Shown in pieces: positions 29,053 to 38,351 of a stretch of 62,999 nt of DNA. This DNA is from Pelobacter sp. UBA5610. GTDB taxonomy: Bacteria; Desulfobacterota; Desulfuromonadia; Desulfuromonadales; Syntrophotaleaceae. Each line of letters starts with the position of its first letter. The stretch's first letter is position 1. Below the pieces are notes generated by a model, which saw only the letters and a list, made by a program, of their open reading frames with translations, was not told where the DNA came from and did not search any database. Where the stretch lies: NCBI GenBank assembly GCA_002424645.1, contig DIKU01000064.1, positions 27,495-90,493 of the forward strand, read 5' to 3'. The position numbers were made by a program, and so were the translations under genes.

Positions 29053-31026
29053 TTAGTCGGTAAAAACCAAACCATCAAAGTCTTCATCCGCGCCGCTGAT
29101 CAACTGGTCGTAGCCCGACCGTGTAAGTTTGATCATTTCCCCCAGAGTAATCATTTTAAACGGATCGAAGTCGTAACTGCTGAGGTTTCTTGTGACATGA
29201 TAAAAGGATATGGATTTTTCGGGTTTGATACCCATATCGAGCAACTGTTGACAGGCCTGCTTAATCATATCTATTTTGCCATACAGGTCCTCTTTGTTGA
29301 CCACCGACCAGACTCCGAGATAGATCGGGCTTTCAAGATTCTTGACATCCCCTTTGAACTCTCCCCGGATCAGCTGATCCCTTTGACGCTTTAAATAGGG
29401 AACAAAATCAAGATGTTCCGCAAGACGCCGATCTGCCGCGTAAAAATTGCCGGTTTCGGGATCCAGGGTAAAAATGATCGTTTTCTGGATAGCTTGTCCG
29501 TAACTTTTAAAGTAAATACCTTTATATTCTTCAAAGTTGAAAGACTGCAAAAGAAAGCTTTCATTTTGTTTGATTCGATTAAGCATCCCCAGCAACCAAT
29601 ATCGGATAATTTCATGATCTACCCGACATTTCTCAACTTCTTCTTTTAATTGCCTAAAAGTAGTGTTGCCATAACGATATGATAATACCTGCCTGTAAAT
29701 ATCGCGAACATTATTATAAGCGCTAAACAGCTGTATTAAATCATAACTGAAAATTTCCATTTGCCTCAACTGCCAGATCAAGGAGGCTACTTCGGTCCTG
29801 CTGCTGTTACCATCTAGGTCAATTTTCTCGGTAGACTTCATGAACTCAATAAAGCGCGTTTCAAGCAGCCCTAACTGATCTGTTTTTTTCTTGGTGCTGA
29901 TATTCAACGTAATGGTCCAGCGGGTAAACTTGTACTGGCGGCTTTCAATTTTGATATTACCCGCCCCGAACGTTGAAAAGATCTGACGGGTTCCGATCCC
30001 CTCCCCGGCTTTTTCCTGTTTGGTCGTGTGCCCAACGAAAATCGGCAAGTTTTGAGTGTCGACCTGTAGCCGATCGGGACTGATCCCTACCCCGTTGTCC
30101 TGAATAATAAGAACGACCTTGCCTTCCTTGCGGGTAAGCATAATCTGGATAAGGCCTTCCCTGCCGGCTTCTTCAATCGCGTCAATCGAATTGGAAGCCA
30201 GGTTGATAAGCGCCCTGCTGTAATCCATGTAACTGCCGATAACCGGGGGAATATCCGCACTCAGAATCAATCGTATCTGGCAAGGGACATGCGCTGCTTC
30301 AACAAAAGGGATAACCCTGTTGGTCAAAATCTCCTTAATATTGACCTCATGGGAAGCTTTGATTTTGTCTTCATACATGCTAAGGGTATTAAGCAAGGCC
30401 GTATTTTCTCTATTTATATCTTCGATAATTTGATTAAAATTATCAACGGACATAATAGACACCATATCTGATAATACTTTGAGTGACTTTTTGGCGTCAT
30501 GACGAACTTTGCTTAATTCTTCAAGAACCGTTACGTCTTTGGTTTTCAATGAAAAGCTTTTATCCAAAACTGCTTTAGCTGTTGCAGACATTAGATAAAA
30601 CCGCATTTTCTGATAAACCGTTGACTCTTCAAGATTAAAGCCATTACTATAAAAGAACTCTATAGTGCTTACGAGCTTTTCCCATACAAATAAATATATA
30701 TAGGAACCTTCGTTGACATCTTGAGCGAGTTTTCTTATAAATGCCGACCCTATCCCTTTTCCTCGACCAAACGGGCTTGTAACCTGCTTATATACTTGAA
30801 ATTTAGTTTTTTCAGGGTTTGAATAAACGAGTATATATCCAAGAAACTCGCCCTCCTCATCCCAAACATAACTATGGTCGTAATCGACATCGAGAGTTTT
30901 ATCTTTGATAAAAGGTGATGGAATCAGAATGGAATCGATATTTAAAAAAGGAATTTTATTTATCTTTTTTTGATCTTCGCTTGTAAGACATCGGATATAT
31001 GTAAAATCATTTGTAAAACCATCCAT
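29053..31026 (-). CDS. GNAT acetyltransferase - histidine kinase fusion with an uncharacterised C-terminal domain
   Basis: aa ~50-146 GNAT (VTSPFGRGKGIGS; IEFFYSNGF); H-box-like RHDAKKSL (His176); N box INLASNSIDA; G1 IQDNGVGI; G2 TTK..AGEGIG; low GC. Confidence 0.75.
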   Translation of the reverse strand: MDGFTNDFTYIRCLTSEDQKKINKIPFLNIDSILIPSPFIKDKTLDVDYDHSYVWDEEGEFLGYILVYSNPEKTKFQVYKQVTSPFGRGKGIGSAFIRKLAQDVNEGSYIYLFVWEKLVSTIEFFYSNGFNLEESTVYQKMRFYLMSATAKAVLDKSFSLKTKDVTVLEELSKVRHDAKKSLKVLSDMVSIMSVDNFNQIIEDINRENTALLNTLSMYEDKIKASHEVNIKEILTNRVIPFVEAAHVPCQIRLILSADIPPVIGSYMDYSRALINLASNSIDAIEEAGREGLIQIMLTRKEGKVVLIIQDNGVGISPDRLQVDTQNLPIFVGHTTKQEKAGEGIGTRQIFSTFGAGNIKIESRQYKFTRWTITLNISTKKKTDQLGLLETRFIEFMKSTEKIDLDGNSSRTEVASLIWQLRQMEIFSYDLIQLFSAYNNVRDIYRQVLSYRYGNTTFRQLKEEVEKCRVDHEIIRYWLLGMLNRIKQNESFLLQSFNFEEYKGIYFKSYGQAIQKTIIFTLDPETGNFYAADRRLAEHLDFVPYLKRQRDQLIRGEFKGDVKNLESPIYLGVWSVVNKEDLYGKIDMIKQACQQLLDMGIKPEKSISFYHVTRNLSSYDFDPFKMITLGEMIKLTRSGYDQLISGADEDFDGLVFTD

Positions 31027-31126
31027 AGCTATTCCACCTTGCCTTTCGTTAATTTCTTAACGGCGCTGCATAGATTCAAAAGCGTCATGTAACGCGACGC
31101 GTATTCAACGAGTCGAAAATATCCGC

Positions 31127-31167
31127 AAAAAACAAACGGACCTCTTCCTGAATGCGAAGAGATCCGT
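31127..31167 (-). terminator. Intrinsic terminator of gltA
   Basis: ACGGA(c)CTCTTC / GAAGAG(a)TCCGT stem followed by TTGTTTTTT on the minus strand. Confidence 0.7.
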
Positions 31168-31213
31168 ATTTCATCACTTTACCCAATCCGGCAGGGAGTT
31201 GTCGAATCCCGAC

Positions 31214-32518
31214 TCACTGTATCCCGGCAACCTTTTCCATCATGTCCAGAGTTATGGACTTGGGACGTTCCAGCGGAAAGCCCAGCGCCCTGTCCCAGGT
31301 GATGTTTGCCAATACGCCGATCGCCCTGCCGACGGCAAACAGTACGGTGTAATAGTCATACTGGGTAATCCCGTAGTGCCACTGAATAACACCGGACTGG
31401 GCATCGACATTAGGCCAGGGGTTGCGGGCCTTGCCGTGGGCTTGCAGAACTTTGGGCGCTACCTTGTAGATCATTTTGACCAACTTATACAGCTCATCAT
31501 CCGGAAGATTTTTTTCACAAAACTCCATCTGAGCGGTAAAACGCGGATCGGTGCGACGCAAAACAGCGTGACCGTAACCAGGGATAACCTGGCCGCTGTT
31601 CAGCGTGTCCCACAAGTAGCGTTCCAATTCCTCTTCGGTGGGAAGCTTGCCGCCGAGTTTTTCCATTTTCCCTTGTATCCAGCGTAAAACTTCCTGGTTG
31701 GCCAATCCATGCAACGGACCGGACAAACCGTTCACACCGGCCGAAAGGCTGTAGTAAGCATCAGCCAGAGCCGATGCGACCAGACGCGTGGTATGCGCCG
31801 ATACGTTACCCGATTCATGATCGGAATGCAGGATAAAATACATGCGTGCCACATCATCGTAGGGCGCGGCGATCCCCATCATATGCGCAAAGTCGGCCCC
31901 GAAATCAAGGTTTGGGTCCGAAGGGATCGGCGTATCGCCTTTATACTTCAAGCGATAAATGAACGCCGCAACAGCGGGCAATTTGGCGAGCAGATTGCAC
32001 GAATCTTCGTACATAGGGTCCCAGAAATCACCCTTACCCATGCCCTCGTTATAACGTGTGGCAAAAATCGATTCGCGCTGCATAACCACGATAGCTGCAG
32101 ACAACATCGCCATGGGATGCAGATCCCGCGGCATGGCGCGCAACGCATCGAAAACATATTGTGGAACCTGCCTGCGAGACTGAAAATCGTGAACAACCTC
32201 CAGAGTCTGCTCAAGAGTCGGAACTTCTCCCGTGAGCAAAAAGTACCAGAAGCCTTCAACATACGGATATTCCGAACCGGGCACTTTGGGTAATGCGTCA
32301 AAGGTTTCCCGTATAGTCTTGCCGCGAAACCTGACCCCCTCTTCCGGATCGAGATACGAAATATCGGTAACCAGACATTTCACCCCTCGTACGCCGCCGA
32401 TGGCCTGGGCAATGGATACCTGGTCGAGGTTAACCTGCCCGTAATCTTTGAGTAAGCGAGTAATGCGCGGGCGTTGCTCCTCAATTTTTCTGAACAGCGC
32501 TTTTTTTAATTGGGACAT
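31214..32518 (-). CDS. gltA: Citrate (Si)-synthase, eukaryotic type
   Basis: HSDHESGNVSAH, GPLHGLANQEVL, IPGYGHAVLR.TDPR, NPWPNVDA, PLERPKS; SD AAGGAG. Confidence 0.96.
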   Translation of the reverse strand: MSQLKKALFRKIEEQRPRITRLLKDYGQVNLDQVSIAQAIGGVRGVKCLVTDISYLDPEEGVRFRGKTIRETFDALPKVPGSEYPYVEGFWYFLLTGEVPTLEQTLEVVHDFQSRRQVPQYVFDALRAMPRDLHPMAMLSAAIVVMQRESIFATRYNEGMGKGDFWDPMYEDSCNLLAKLPAVAAFIYRLKYKGDTPIPSDPNLDFGADFAHMMGIAAPYDDVARMYFILHSDHESGNVSAHTTRLVASALADAYYSLSAGVNGLSGPLHGLANQEVLRWIQGKMEKLGGKLPTEEELERYLWDTLNSGQVIPGYGHAVLRRTDPRFTAQMEFCEKNLPDDELYKLVKMIYKVAPKVLQAHGKARNPWPNVDAQSGVIQWHYGITQYDYYTVLFAVGRAIGVLANITWDRALGFPLERPKSITLDMMEKVAGIQ

Positions 32519-32729
32519 CATCAACTCCTTCAACGGCATCAGCCTGTCGGAAAAGGACAGCCATATTCTGGACAACTCGCGTTAGGTTGCGTTACCGACT
32601 GGCTTATATGTGATTGCACTCAATTTTGATTTTAAAACAGATCTCCCCATTTCGCCACCTGTCAGATCAATTTATATTATGCTCAATATCTTGTAAATAC
32701 AGTAAAAATCACCGATGCAGGATTTTCCC

Positions 32730-32758
32730 TTGCAATCTGCAATCGTCATGGTTAAACT
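32730..32758 (+). promoter_or_regulatory. Sigma70-type promoter of dusB-ntrB-ntrC
   Basis: TTGCAA-N17-TAAACT. Confidence 0.6.
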
Positions 32759-32774
32759 GCATAAAATTTGTGCA
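32758..32774. promoter_or_regulatory. Putative NtrC binding site
   Basis: TGCATAAAATTTGTGCA, 17 bp, fits TGCAY-N7-GTGCA; lies between the -10 element and the ATG. Confidence 0.7.
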
Positions 32775-32775
32775 A

Positions 32776-33756
32776 ATGAAAATAAAATCACTCCATATAA
32801 AACATAATATTCTGCTTGCGCCCATGGCCGGCATCACGGACTTGTCCTGCCGTTTGCTTATGAGGCCGTTTGGCATAGGTCTGGCGTTTACGGAAATGGT
32901 CAGTGCCAATGGGTTGGTCCTGGGTGGCGATGCAACCAAAGGCCTGCTTGCGTCCGAACCCGCGGATCGCCCTCTTGGCATTCAGTTGTTTGGCGAAAAC
33001 CCGGTAACGCTCGCAGAAGCATGCAGACAGGTCGAGACACAGGGTGAGCTCATCGACCTGAACATCGGCTGTCCGGTGAAAAAAGTTGTTCGCAGTGGCG
33101 CCGGTAGCGCCCTTATGCAGACACCGAAACGGGTTGCCCAAATCCTTGCGGCCATGCGACGTGCAACGACCTTGCCCCTGACGGTAAAAATCCGTTCCGG
33201 ATGGGATTCGTCCAGCATCAATTTTCTGGAAATCGCCCACATCGCAGAGCAGGAAGGCGTGGACGCCATCACCCTGCATCCTCGCACCCGCAGCCAGGGT
33301 TTTTCCGGGAAAGCCGACTGGAGCCACATCGGCGAATTGAAACGTCGCGCTACCATCCCGGTTATCGGCAGCGGCGATATCTTTGACGCCGAAGACGCTC
33401 AACGCATGTTAAAGGAAACGGGGTGCGATGCCGTCATGATCGGACGTGGCTGCTACGGCAATCCATGGCTCGCCAAAAACATCCTGGCTTTGCAACAAGG
33501 GGCATCAGCGTTGACACCCTCCGTTGATGATCGCCGAGAGGTAGCACTGCGCCACATAGCCATATTCCTTCGCTATAACAGCGAACGCAAAACTGTTCTC
33601 GATATGCGTAAACACTTGTGCTGGTATGCAAAAGGCCTGGCAGGGGCGGCCCAGTTTCGGGTTCACATCAACCAGGCCAGCTCCATTGACGAGATGCGCA
33701 GCCTGATACTGCATTTTTTTCAACATGCCGCCATGGCGACAACTGAGGATCCATGA
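32776..33756 (+). CDS. dusB: tRNA-dihydrouridine synthase B (NifR3 family)
   Basis: LAPMAGITD, TEMVS, IDLNIGCP, GAGSALM, VKIRSGW, LHPRT, MIGR; start reassigned to ATG 32776. Confidence 0.94.
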   Translation: MKIKSLHIKHNILLAPMAGITDLSCRLLMRPFGIGLAFTEMVSANGLVLGGDATKGLLASEPADRPLGIQLFGENPVTLAEACRQVETQGELIDLNIGCPVKKVVRSGAGSALMQTPKRVAQILAAMRRATTLPLTVKIRSGWDSSSINFLEIAHIAEQEGVDAITLHPRTRSQGFSGKADWSHIGELKRRATIPVIGSGDIFDAEDAQRMLKETGCDAVMIGRGCYGNPWLAKNILALQQGASALTPSVDDRREVALRHIAIFLRYNSERKTVLDMRKHLCWYAKGLAGAAQFRVHINQASSIDEMRSLILHFFQHAAMATTEDP

Positions 33757-34853
33757 ACAACGGTGAGCAGAAGGACCGGACTCTCTATATGAGGGTACTG
33801 GAGAATATGGAAGAAGCTGTGATTGCCATCGATGATTCCGAGCTCATCGTTTTGTTCAATCCCGCTGCGCAGATTTGTACCGGCTATTCCGAACGACAAG
33901 CCCTGAAACGCTCATTAGGCGATCTGTTCGGCTCAAGCGGCGAACTCCTGCGTCTGGTTCGCGCCGCCCTGCAGTCGGGCCGATCGATCACCAGCCATGA
34001 GGACATACTCCTTCATCGACCCCTGGCCGACCCTCTTCCGGTTGGATTATCCGCTTCGCCTCTTTTCACCAGAAATGGCGAACAGGAAGGTGCCGTCGTT
34101 ATTTTACGCGACCACTCCCAGATACGTGAACTGGAGGAGACTGTCCGCCAGGCCGATCGTCTGGCGATGCTGGGGACACTTGCAGCCGGCCTGGCCCACG
34201 AAATAAAAAATCCCCTGGGTGGCATCAAAGGCGCGGCACAACTTCTGAATCTTGAGTTGCCGCCAGAGAATCCCCTACGGGAATACACCCGCGTCATGAC
34301 CAGGGAAGTCAACAGGGTCAACGATCTGATAGAGGAACTGCTCGACCTTACCCGTCCGCGCCCGACCCAACTCAGCGAAGTCAACCTGTCGCGCATTCTT
34401 GCCGACCAGGTTTTGCTGCAAAAGCAAAGTCATCCGGACAAGAAGATCAACTATCAAATGCAGCTTGACCCAAGTATTCCGCCCATCAAAGGTGATGATA
34501 CCCTGCTCTCCCGATTGTTCCTCAACCTGCTGAAAAATGCTGCGGAAGCCGTTGATTACGACGGAAACATCACCATAACATCGCGCATTGCCGGTCAATA
34601 CCTGTTCAACAAGCCCGGTGAACGGCCTGTACCGATGGTCACGGTGGAAATTCAGGACAACGGTCCGGGCATTCCACCGGACGAGCTTGATCGCATTTTC
34701 ACCCCATTTTTCACCACCAAAACCAAGGGGTGCGGATTAGGCTTGGCCATATGCCAGAAAATCATCAACGAACACCAGGGTTCACTACGCGTCGCCACCC
34801 AGTTGGAGCAAGGCACCACCTTCACGGTATCCTTGCCACTGAAACGAGGCTGA
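33753..34853 (+). CDS. ntrB: PAS-domain sensor histidine kinase, NtrB type
   Basis: N-terminal PAS, AHEIKNPLGGIKGAAQLL, NLLKNAAEA, DNGPGI, FFTTK..G.GLGL; position in a dusB-ntrB-ntrC operon. Confidence 0.85.
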   Translation: MNNGEQKDRTLYMRVLENMEEAVIAIDDSELIVLFNPAAQICTGYSERQALKRSLGDLFGSSGELLRLVRAALQSGRSITSHEDILLHRPLADPLPVGLSASPLFTRNGEQEGAVVILRDHSQIRELEETVRQADRLAMLGTLAAGLAHEIKNPLGGIKGAAQLLNLELPPENPLREYTRVMTREVNRVNDLIEELLDLTRPRPTQLSEVNLSRILADQVLLQKQSHPDKKINYQMQLDPSIPPIKGDDTLLSRLFLNLLKNAAEAVDYDGNITITSRIAGQYLFNKPGERPVPMVTVEIQDNGPGIPPDELDRIFTPFFTTKTKGCGLGLAICQKIINEHQGSLRVATQLEQGTTFTVSLPLKRG

Positions 34854-34936
34854 GCGTTTCACAACCTGCTCCACGATCACTAACCACCCTGCCGCCACTG
34901 TCAGCGGTACGACAACCATAAGTCCGGGAAAATAGC

Positions 34937-36370
34937 ATGTCCATACAACGAATTCTGGTAGCAGACGATGAGGAAAGTATCCGCTGGGTACTGCGCAAGG
35001 CACTGACCAAACAGGGCTTTACTGTCGATCTGGCCTCCGACGGAGGTGACGCGAAAACCATGTTCAAGCGTCGCCATTACGACCTGGCCATCCTCGACAT
35101 CAAAATGCCCGATGTTTCCGGCCTGGAACTGCTGCGCTATTTTCAGGAACAGCGGCCCGAAATGCTCGTCATTATCATCACGGCCGAATCGTCCATGAAA
35201 AATGCCGTCGAAGCCATGAAGCTCGGGGCATACGACTATCTCACCAAACCTTTTGACCTCGATGCCCTCGAAGCCATCATCGTCAAAGCGCAAAAAGCCG
35301 CTGTCGCTGCCGAGGAGGTCCATCGCCTCAAAACCGAACTCAAGGAACAATACCCCCTGGATCGCGCCATCATTGGCAAGAGCAAGCCAATGCAGGAAAT
35401 TTACAAAATCCTCGGCAGAGTGGCGCCAACCGATGTCACTGTTCTGATTACCGGGGAAAGCGGTACCGGCAAGGAACTGGTAGCACGGGCTATCCACTAT
35501 AACAGTCCCAGGGTAGGCAAGGACTTTTTGGCCCTGAACTGTGCCGCCATCCCCAGCGAACTCCTGGAAAGTGAACTCTTCGGTCACGAAAAAGGTGCTT
35601 TCACCGGCGCCACAGACCGTAAAATCGGTAAATTCGAACAGGCCAGCGGCGGTACGCTTTTCCTCGATGAAATCGGGGATATGCCGCTGGAATTGCAAGC
35701 CAAACTCCTGCGCGTGCTGCAAGAACGTGAAATAACCCGCACCGGCGGCAGCACTTCCATCTCGGTCGATGTTCGTATCGTCGCGGCCACCAATCAGAAC
35801 CTTCGCGAAAAAGTGGCGGCGCGGGAGTTTCGTGAGGATTTGTTCTACCGACTCAACGTTGTGCCTATCGCCATTCCGCCCTTGCGGGAGCGCCGCGATG
35901 ATATCCCGGCACTGGTTGAATACTTCCTGGATGCAGCACGCAAAGACCTCAATGTCGGCATACAGGGTTGCACCAAGGAAGCCATAGCGCACCTTAAACG
36001 GCACGACTGGCCCGGCAATGTTCGCGAACTTGAAAACACCCTCAAACGCGCCGCGCTGCTTTCATCGGACCAATTGCTGACACCCGGTGATTTCCCGGGA
36101 TTGGCTCCTGAGACGACCCGTAAAGAAACGGACGAATCCCTTGAAGCCCTGATTTCCAACAAATTGCTGGCCACCTTTGCCCCCATGGACGTCAATGAAC
36201 TCAACAATCTTTACCAGATGGTCCTGCACCAGATGGAAAGGCCTCTGATTTCCATCATCCTCGACAAAACCCGGGGAAACCAGGTACGTGCAGCCGAGAT
36301 TCTTGGCATTAACCGCAATACACTGCGCAAAAAAATTCAACTGCTGGATATCGACTTAAAGGAATTGTAG
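34937..36370 (+). CDS. ntrC: Sigma54-dependent response regulator, NtrC type
   Basis: REC ([11 protein letters not shown]), [58 protein letters not shown]. Confidence 0.88.
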   Translation: MSIQRILVADDEESIRWVLRKALTKQGFTVDLASDGGDAKTMFKRRHYDLAILDIKMPDVSGLELLRYFQEQRPEMLVIIITAESSMKNAVEAMKLGAYDYLTKPFDLDALEAIIVKAQKAAVAAEEVHRLKTELKEQYPLDRAIIGKSKPMQEIYKILGRVAPTDVTVLITGESGTGKELVARAIHYNSPRVGKDFLALNCAAIPSELLESELFGHEKGAFTGATDRKIGKFEQASGGTLFLDEIGDMPLELQAKLLRVLQEREITRTGGSTSISVDVRIVAATNQNLREKVAAREFREDLFYRLNVVPIAIPPLRERRDDIPALVEYFLDAARKDLNVGIQGCTKEAIAHLKRHDWPGNVRELENTLKRAALLSSDQLLTPGDFPGLAPETTRKETDESLEALISNKLLATFAPMDVNELNNLYQMVLHQMERPLISIILDKTRGNQVRAAEILGINRNTLRKKIQLLDIDLKEL

Positions 36371-36398
36371 CCCCCATCCGGCATAAATCCGCACCAAC

Positions 36399-36433
36399 AA
36401 AAAAGGCTCCGGAATAATTTCCGGAGCCTTTTT
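36399..36433. terminator. Bidirectional intrinsic terminator between ntrC and dnaB
   Basis: AAAAAA-GGCTCCGGAA / TTCCGGAGCC-TTTTT. Confidence 0.9.
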
Positions 36434-36450
36434 ACATAACAAACCATCGA

Positions 36451-37821
36451 TCAATAGGGATCTTCGCGACGGGCCTGATTTTCAAAGCGGGTAAATTGAC
36501 CAAGGAAAGTCAAATGCACCGTACCGATCGGACCGTTACGCTGTTTGCCAATGATGATTTCAGCATCCTTATCGTGCCCTTTTTCGCAAGTGCGCTCTTT
36601 ACTGCGACAATCGTCACAATAAACGGCTTCACGATAAATAAACATGATAACGTCGGCATCCTGCTCAATCGCACCGGATTCACGAAGGTCAGCCATGATG
36701 GGACGCTTGTCGGTACGATTCTCCAAAGAGCGGTTCAGCTGGGAGAGCGCCAAAACCGGTACATTGATCTCTTTGGCAAGGGCTTTCAACGATCGGGAGA
36801 TTTCGGAAATCTCCTGCTGTCTGCTTTCAGGATTATGCCCTTGCATCAACTGCAGGTAATCGACAACAACCATGCCGAGGTTATGTTCGGCCTTAAGCCG
36901 TCGCGCCTTGGCGCGTAGTTCCATAACCGTGATAGCCGGGGTATCATCGATAAAAATAGGTGCTTCGGAGAGCTTGCTGGCTCCCTCGATGAGCTTTGGC
37001 CAGTCCGACTCTACCAGGTTGCCGGTTCTCAGGCGTCCTGCGTCAACCCGGGCCAGGGAGCAAAGTAAACGCTGAACAAGCGATTCCTTACTCATCTCCA
37101 GGGAAAAGACAACCGTGGGAACGGGCTTAGCGGCGCGAACAGCAGCATTTTCAACAAGATTCAATACAAACGCCGTCTTGCCCATAGAAGGACGTCCAGC
37201 CACGATAATCAAATCGGAAGGCTGCATCCCGGCGGTCATTTCATCCAAAACCTTATAGCCGGTGGTAACACCGGTGACCAGCTCTTTACGGTGATATAAA
37301 TCTTCAATAATTTGAATGGTATCCTTCATTATCTCTCGCGTTGAGAAATAAGAAGGTTTATTTTTCATACCACTGATTTCAAATATGGATTTTTCGGACC
37401 AATCAAGAAGAGATTCAATATCCCCGCCTTCATAGCCTTTGGTTGCGATCTCGGTCGCCACGGAGATCAGGTGCCTGGCCAACGCCTTTTCCTTAACCAT
37501 CCGGCAATAATAGACAATATTGGCGGCAGTAGGCACATAATCAACGAGCGTGGTCAGGTAACTTATCCCGCCTACGGCATCAAGTTCGCCTTTTTTTTGG
37601 AGTGCGGCAGTAAGCGTGACAAGATCGGCTGGTTCACCGATATCGGAGAGGTGCAAAAGCGCGGCAAAAATCTTTTTATGACTGTCCCGGTAGAAGTCGT
37701 CAGGACGCAGAATCCCCAACGCCTTGTTGAGGGCTTCATTTTCAAGCAGAATGCCACCCAGCACGGACATTTCGCCTTCCAGAGACTGGGGAGGTAATTT
37801 AGTCACCGGAATATTGGTCAT
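36451..37821 (-). CDS. dnaB: Replicative DNA helicase
   Basis: PPQS.E.E.SVLG, AGRPSMGKT, FSLEMS, VDYLQLM, SQLNR, DLRESGAIEQDAD, KQRNGP. Confidence 0.98.
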   Translation of the reverse strand: MTNIPVTKLPPQSLEGEMSVLGGILLENEALNKALGILRPDDFYRDSHKKIFAALLHLSDIGEPADLVTLTAALQKKGELDAVGGISYLTTLVDYVPTAANIVYYCRMVKEKALARHLISVATEIATKGYEGGDIESLLDWSEKSIFEISGMKNKPSYFSTREIMKDTIQIIEDLYHRKELVTGVTTGYKVLDEMTAGMQPSDLIIVAGRPSMGKTAFVLNLVENAAVRAAKPVPTVVFSLEMSKESLVQRLLCSLARVDAGRLRTGNLVESDWPKLIEGASKLSEAPIFIDDTPAITVMELRAKARRLKAEHNLGMVVVDYLQLMQGHNPESRQQEISEISRSLKALAKEINVPVLALSQLNRSLENRTDKRPIMADLRESGAIEQDADVIMFIYREAVYCDDCRSKERTCEKGHDKDAEIIIGKQRNGPIGTVHLTFLGQFTRFENQARREDPY

Positions 37822-37846
37822 AGATACGTCTGTAAGGCTGTAAAAC

Positions 37847-37878
37847 CGCCGGCACCAGGGTGTGCCCCGATGCCGGCG
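37847..37878 (-). terminator. Hairpin between rplI and dnaB (weak terminator or processing site)
   Basis: CGCCGGCA/TGCCGGCG stem followed by GTTTTA on the minus strand. Confidence 0.45.
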
Positions 37879-37884
37879 TGATGT

Positions 37885-38331
37885 TTAGTCAAGTGCGGTT
37901 ACCGAAACTTTCACGGTAGCAACGATGCCTGCAGGCAATTTGACCGCGATTTCGTAATCGCCCAGAGCTTTGATCGGCTCGTCCAACTGGATTTTCTTGC
38001 GATCCATCTCGATACCGGCTTCAGCCAGTTTCGATTGAATTTCCATGCTGGTTACAGAACCGAACAGTTTGCCGTCATCGCCTGCACGCAGAGCGAAGGC
38101 ACACGCCACCTTTTCAATCTGGGTCTTAAGAACTTCGGATGCCTGAAGCATTTTTTGAGCCTTACGCTCAAGCTGACGCTTCTGATGCTCAAGTTCTTTA
38201 AGATTGCGAGTATTTGCTTCAACGGCAAACTTATTGGGAATAAGAAAGTTGCGTGCATAACCGGGCTTTACCTTGACCAAATCGCCAATCTGGCCCAAGC
38301 CATCCACGTTTTCCATCAAGATGATATCCAT
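37885..38331 (-). CDS. rplI: 50S ribosomal protein L9
   Basis: MDIIL..V..LG..GD.V.VKPGYARNFLIP, KLFGSVT; TTGGAGG SD; 148 aa. Confidence 0.97.
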   Translation of the reverse strand: MDIILMENVDGLGQIGDLVKVKPGYARNFLIPNKFAVEANTRNLKELEHQKRQLERKAQKMLQASEVLKTQIEKVACAFALRAGDDGKLFGSVTSMEIQSKLAEAGIEMDRKKIQLDEPIKALGDYEIAVKLPAGIVATVKVSVTALD

Positions 38332-38351
38332 TGAGTTCCTCCAAAAAGGAT

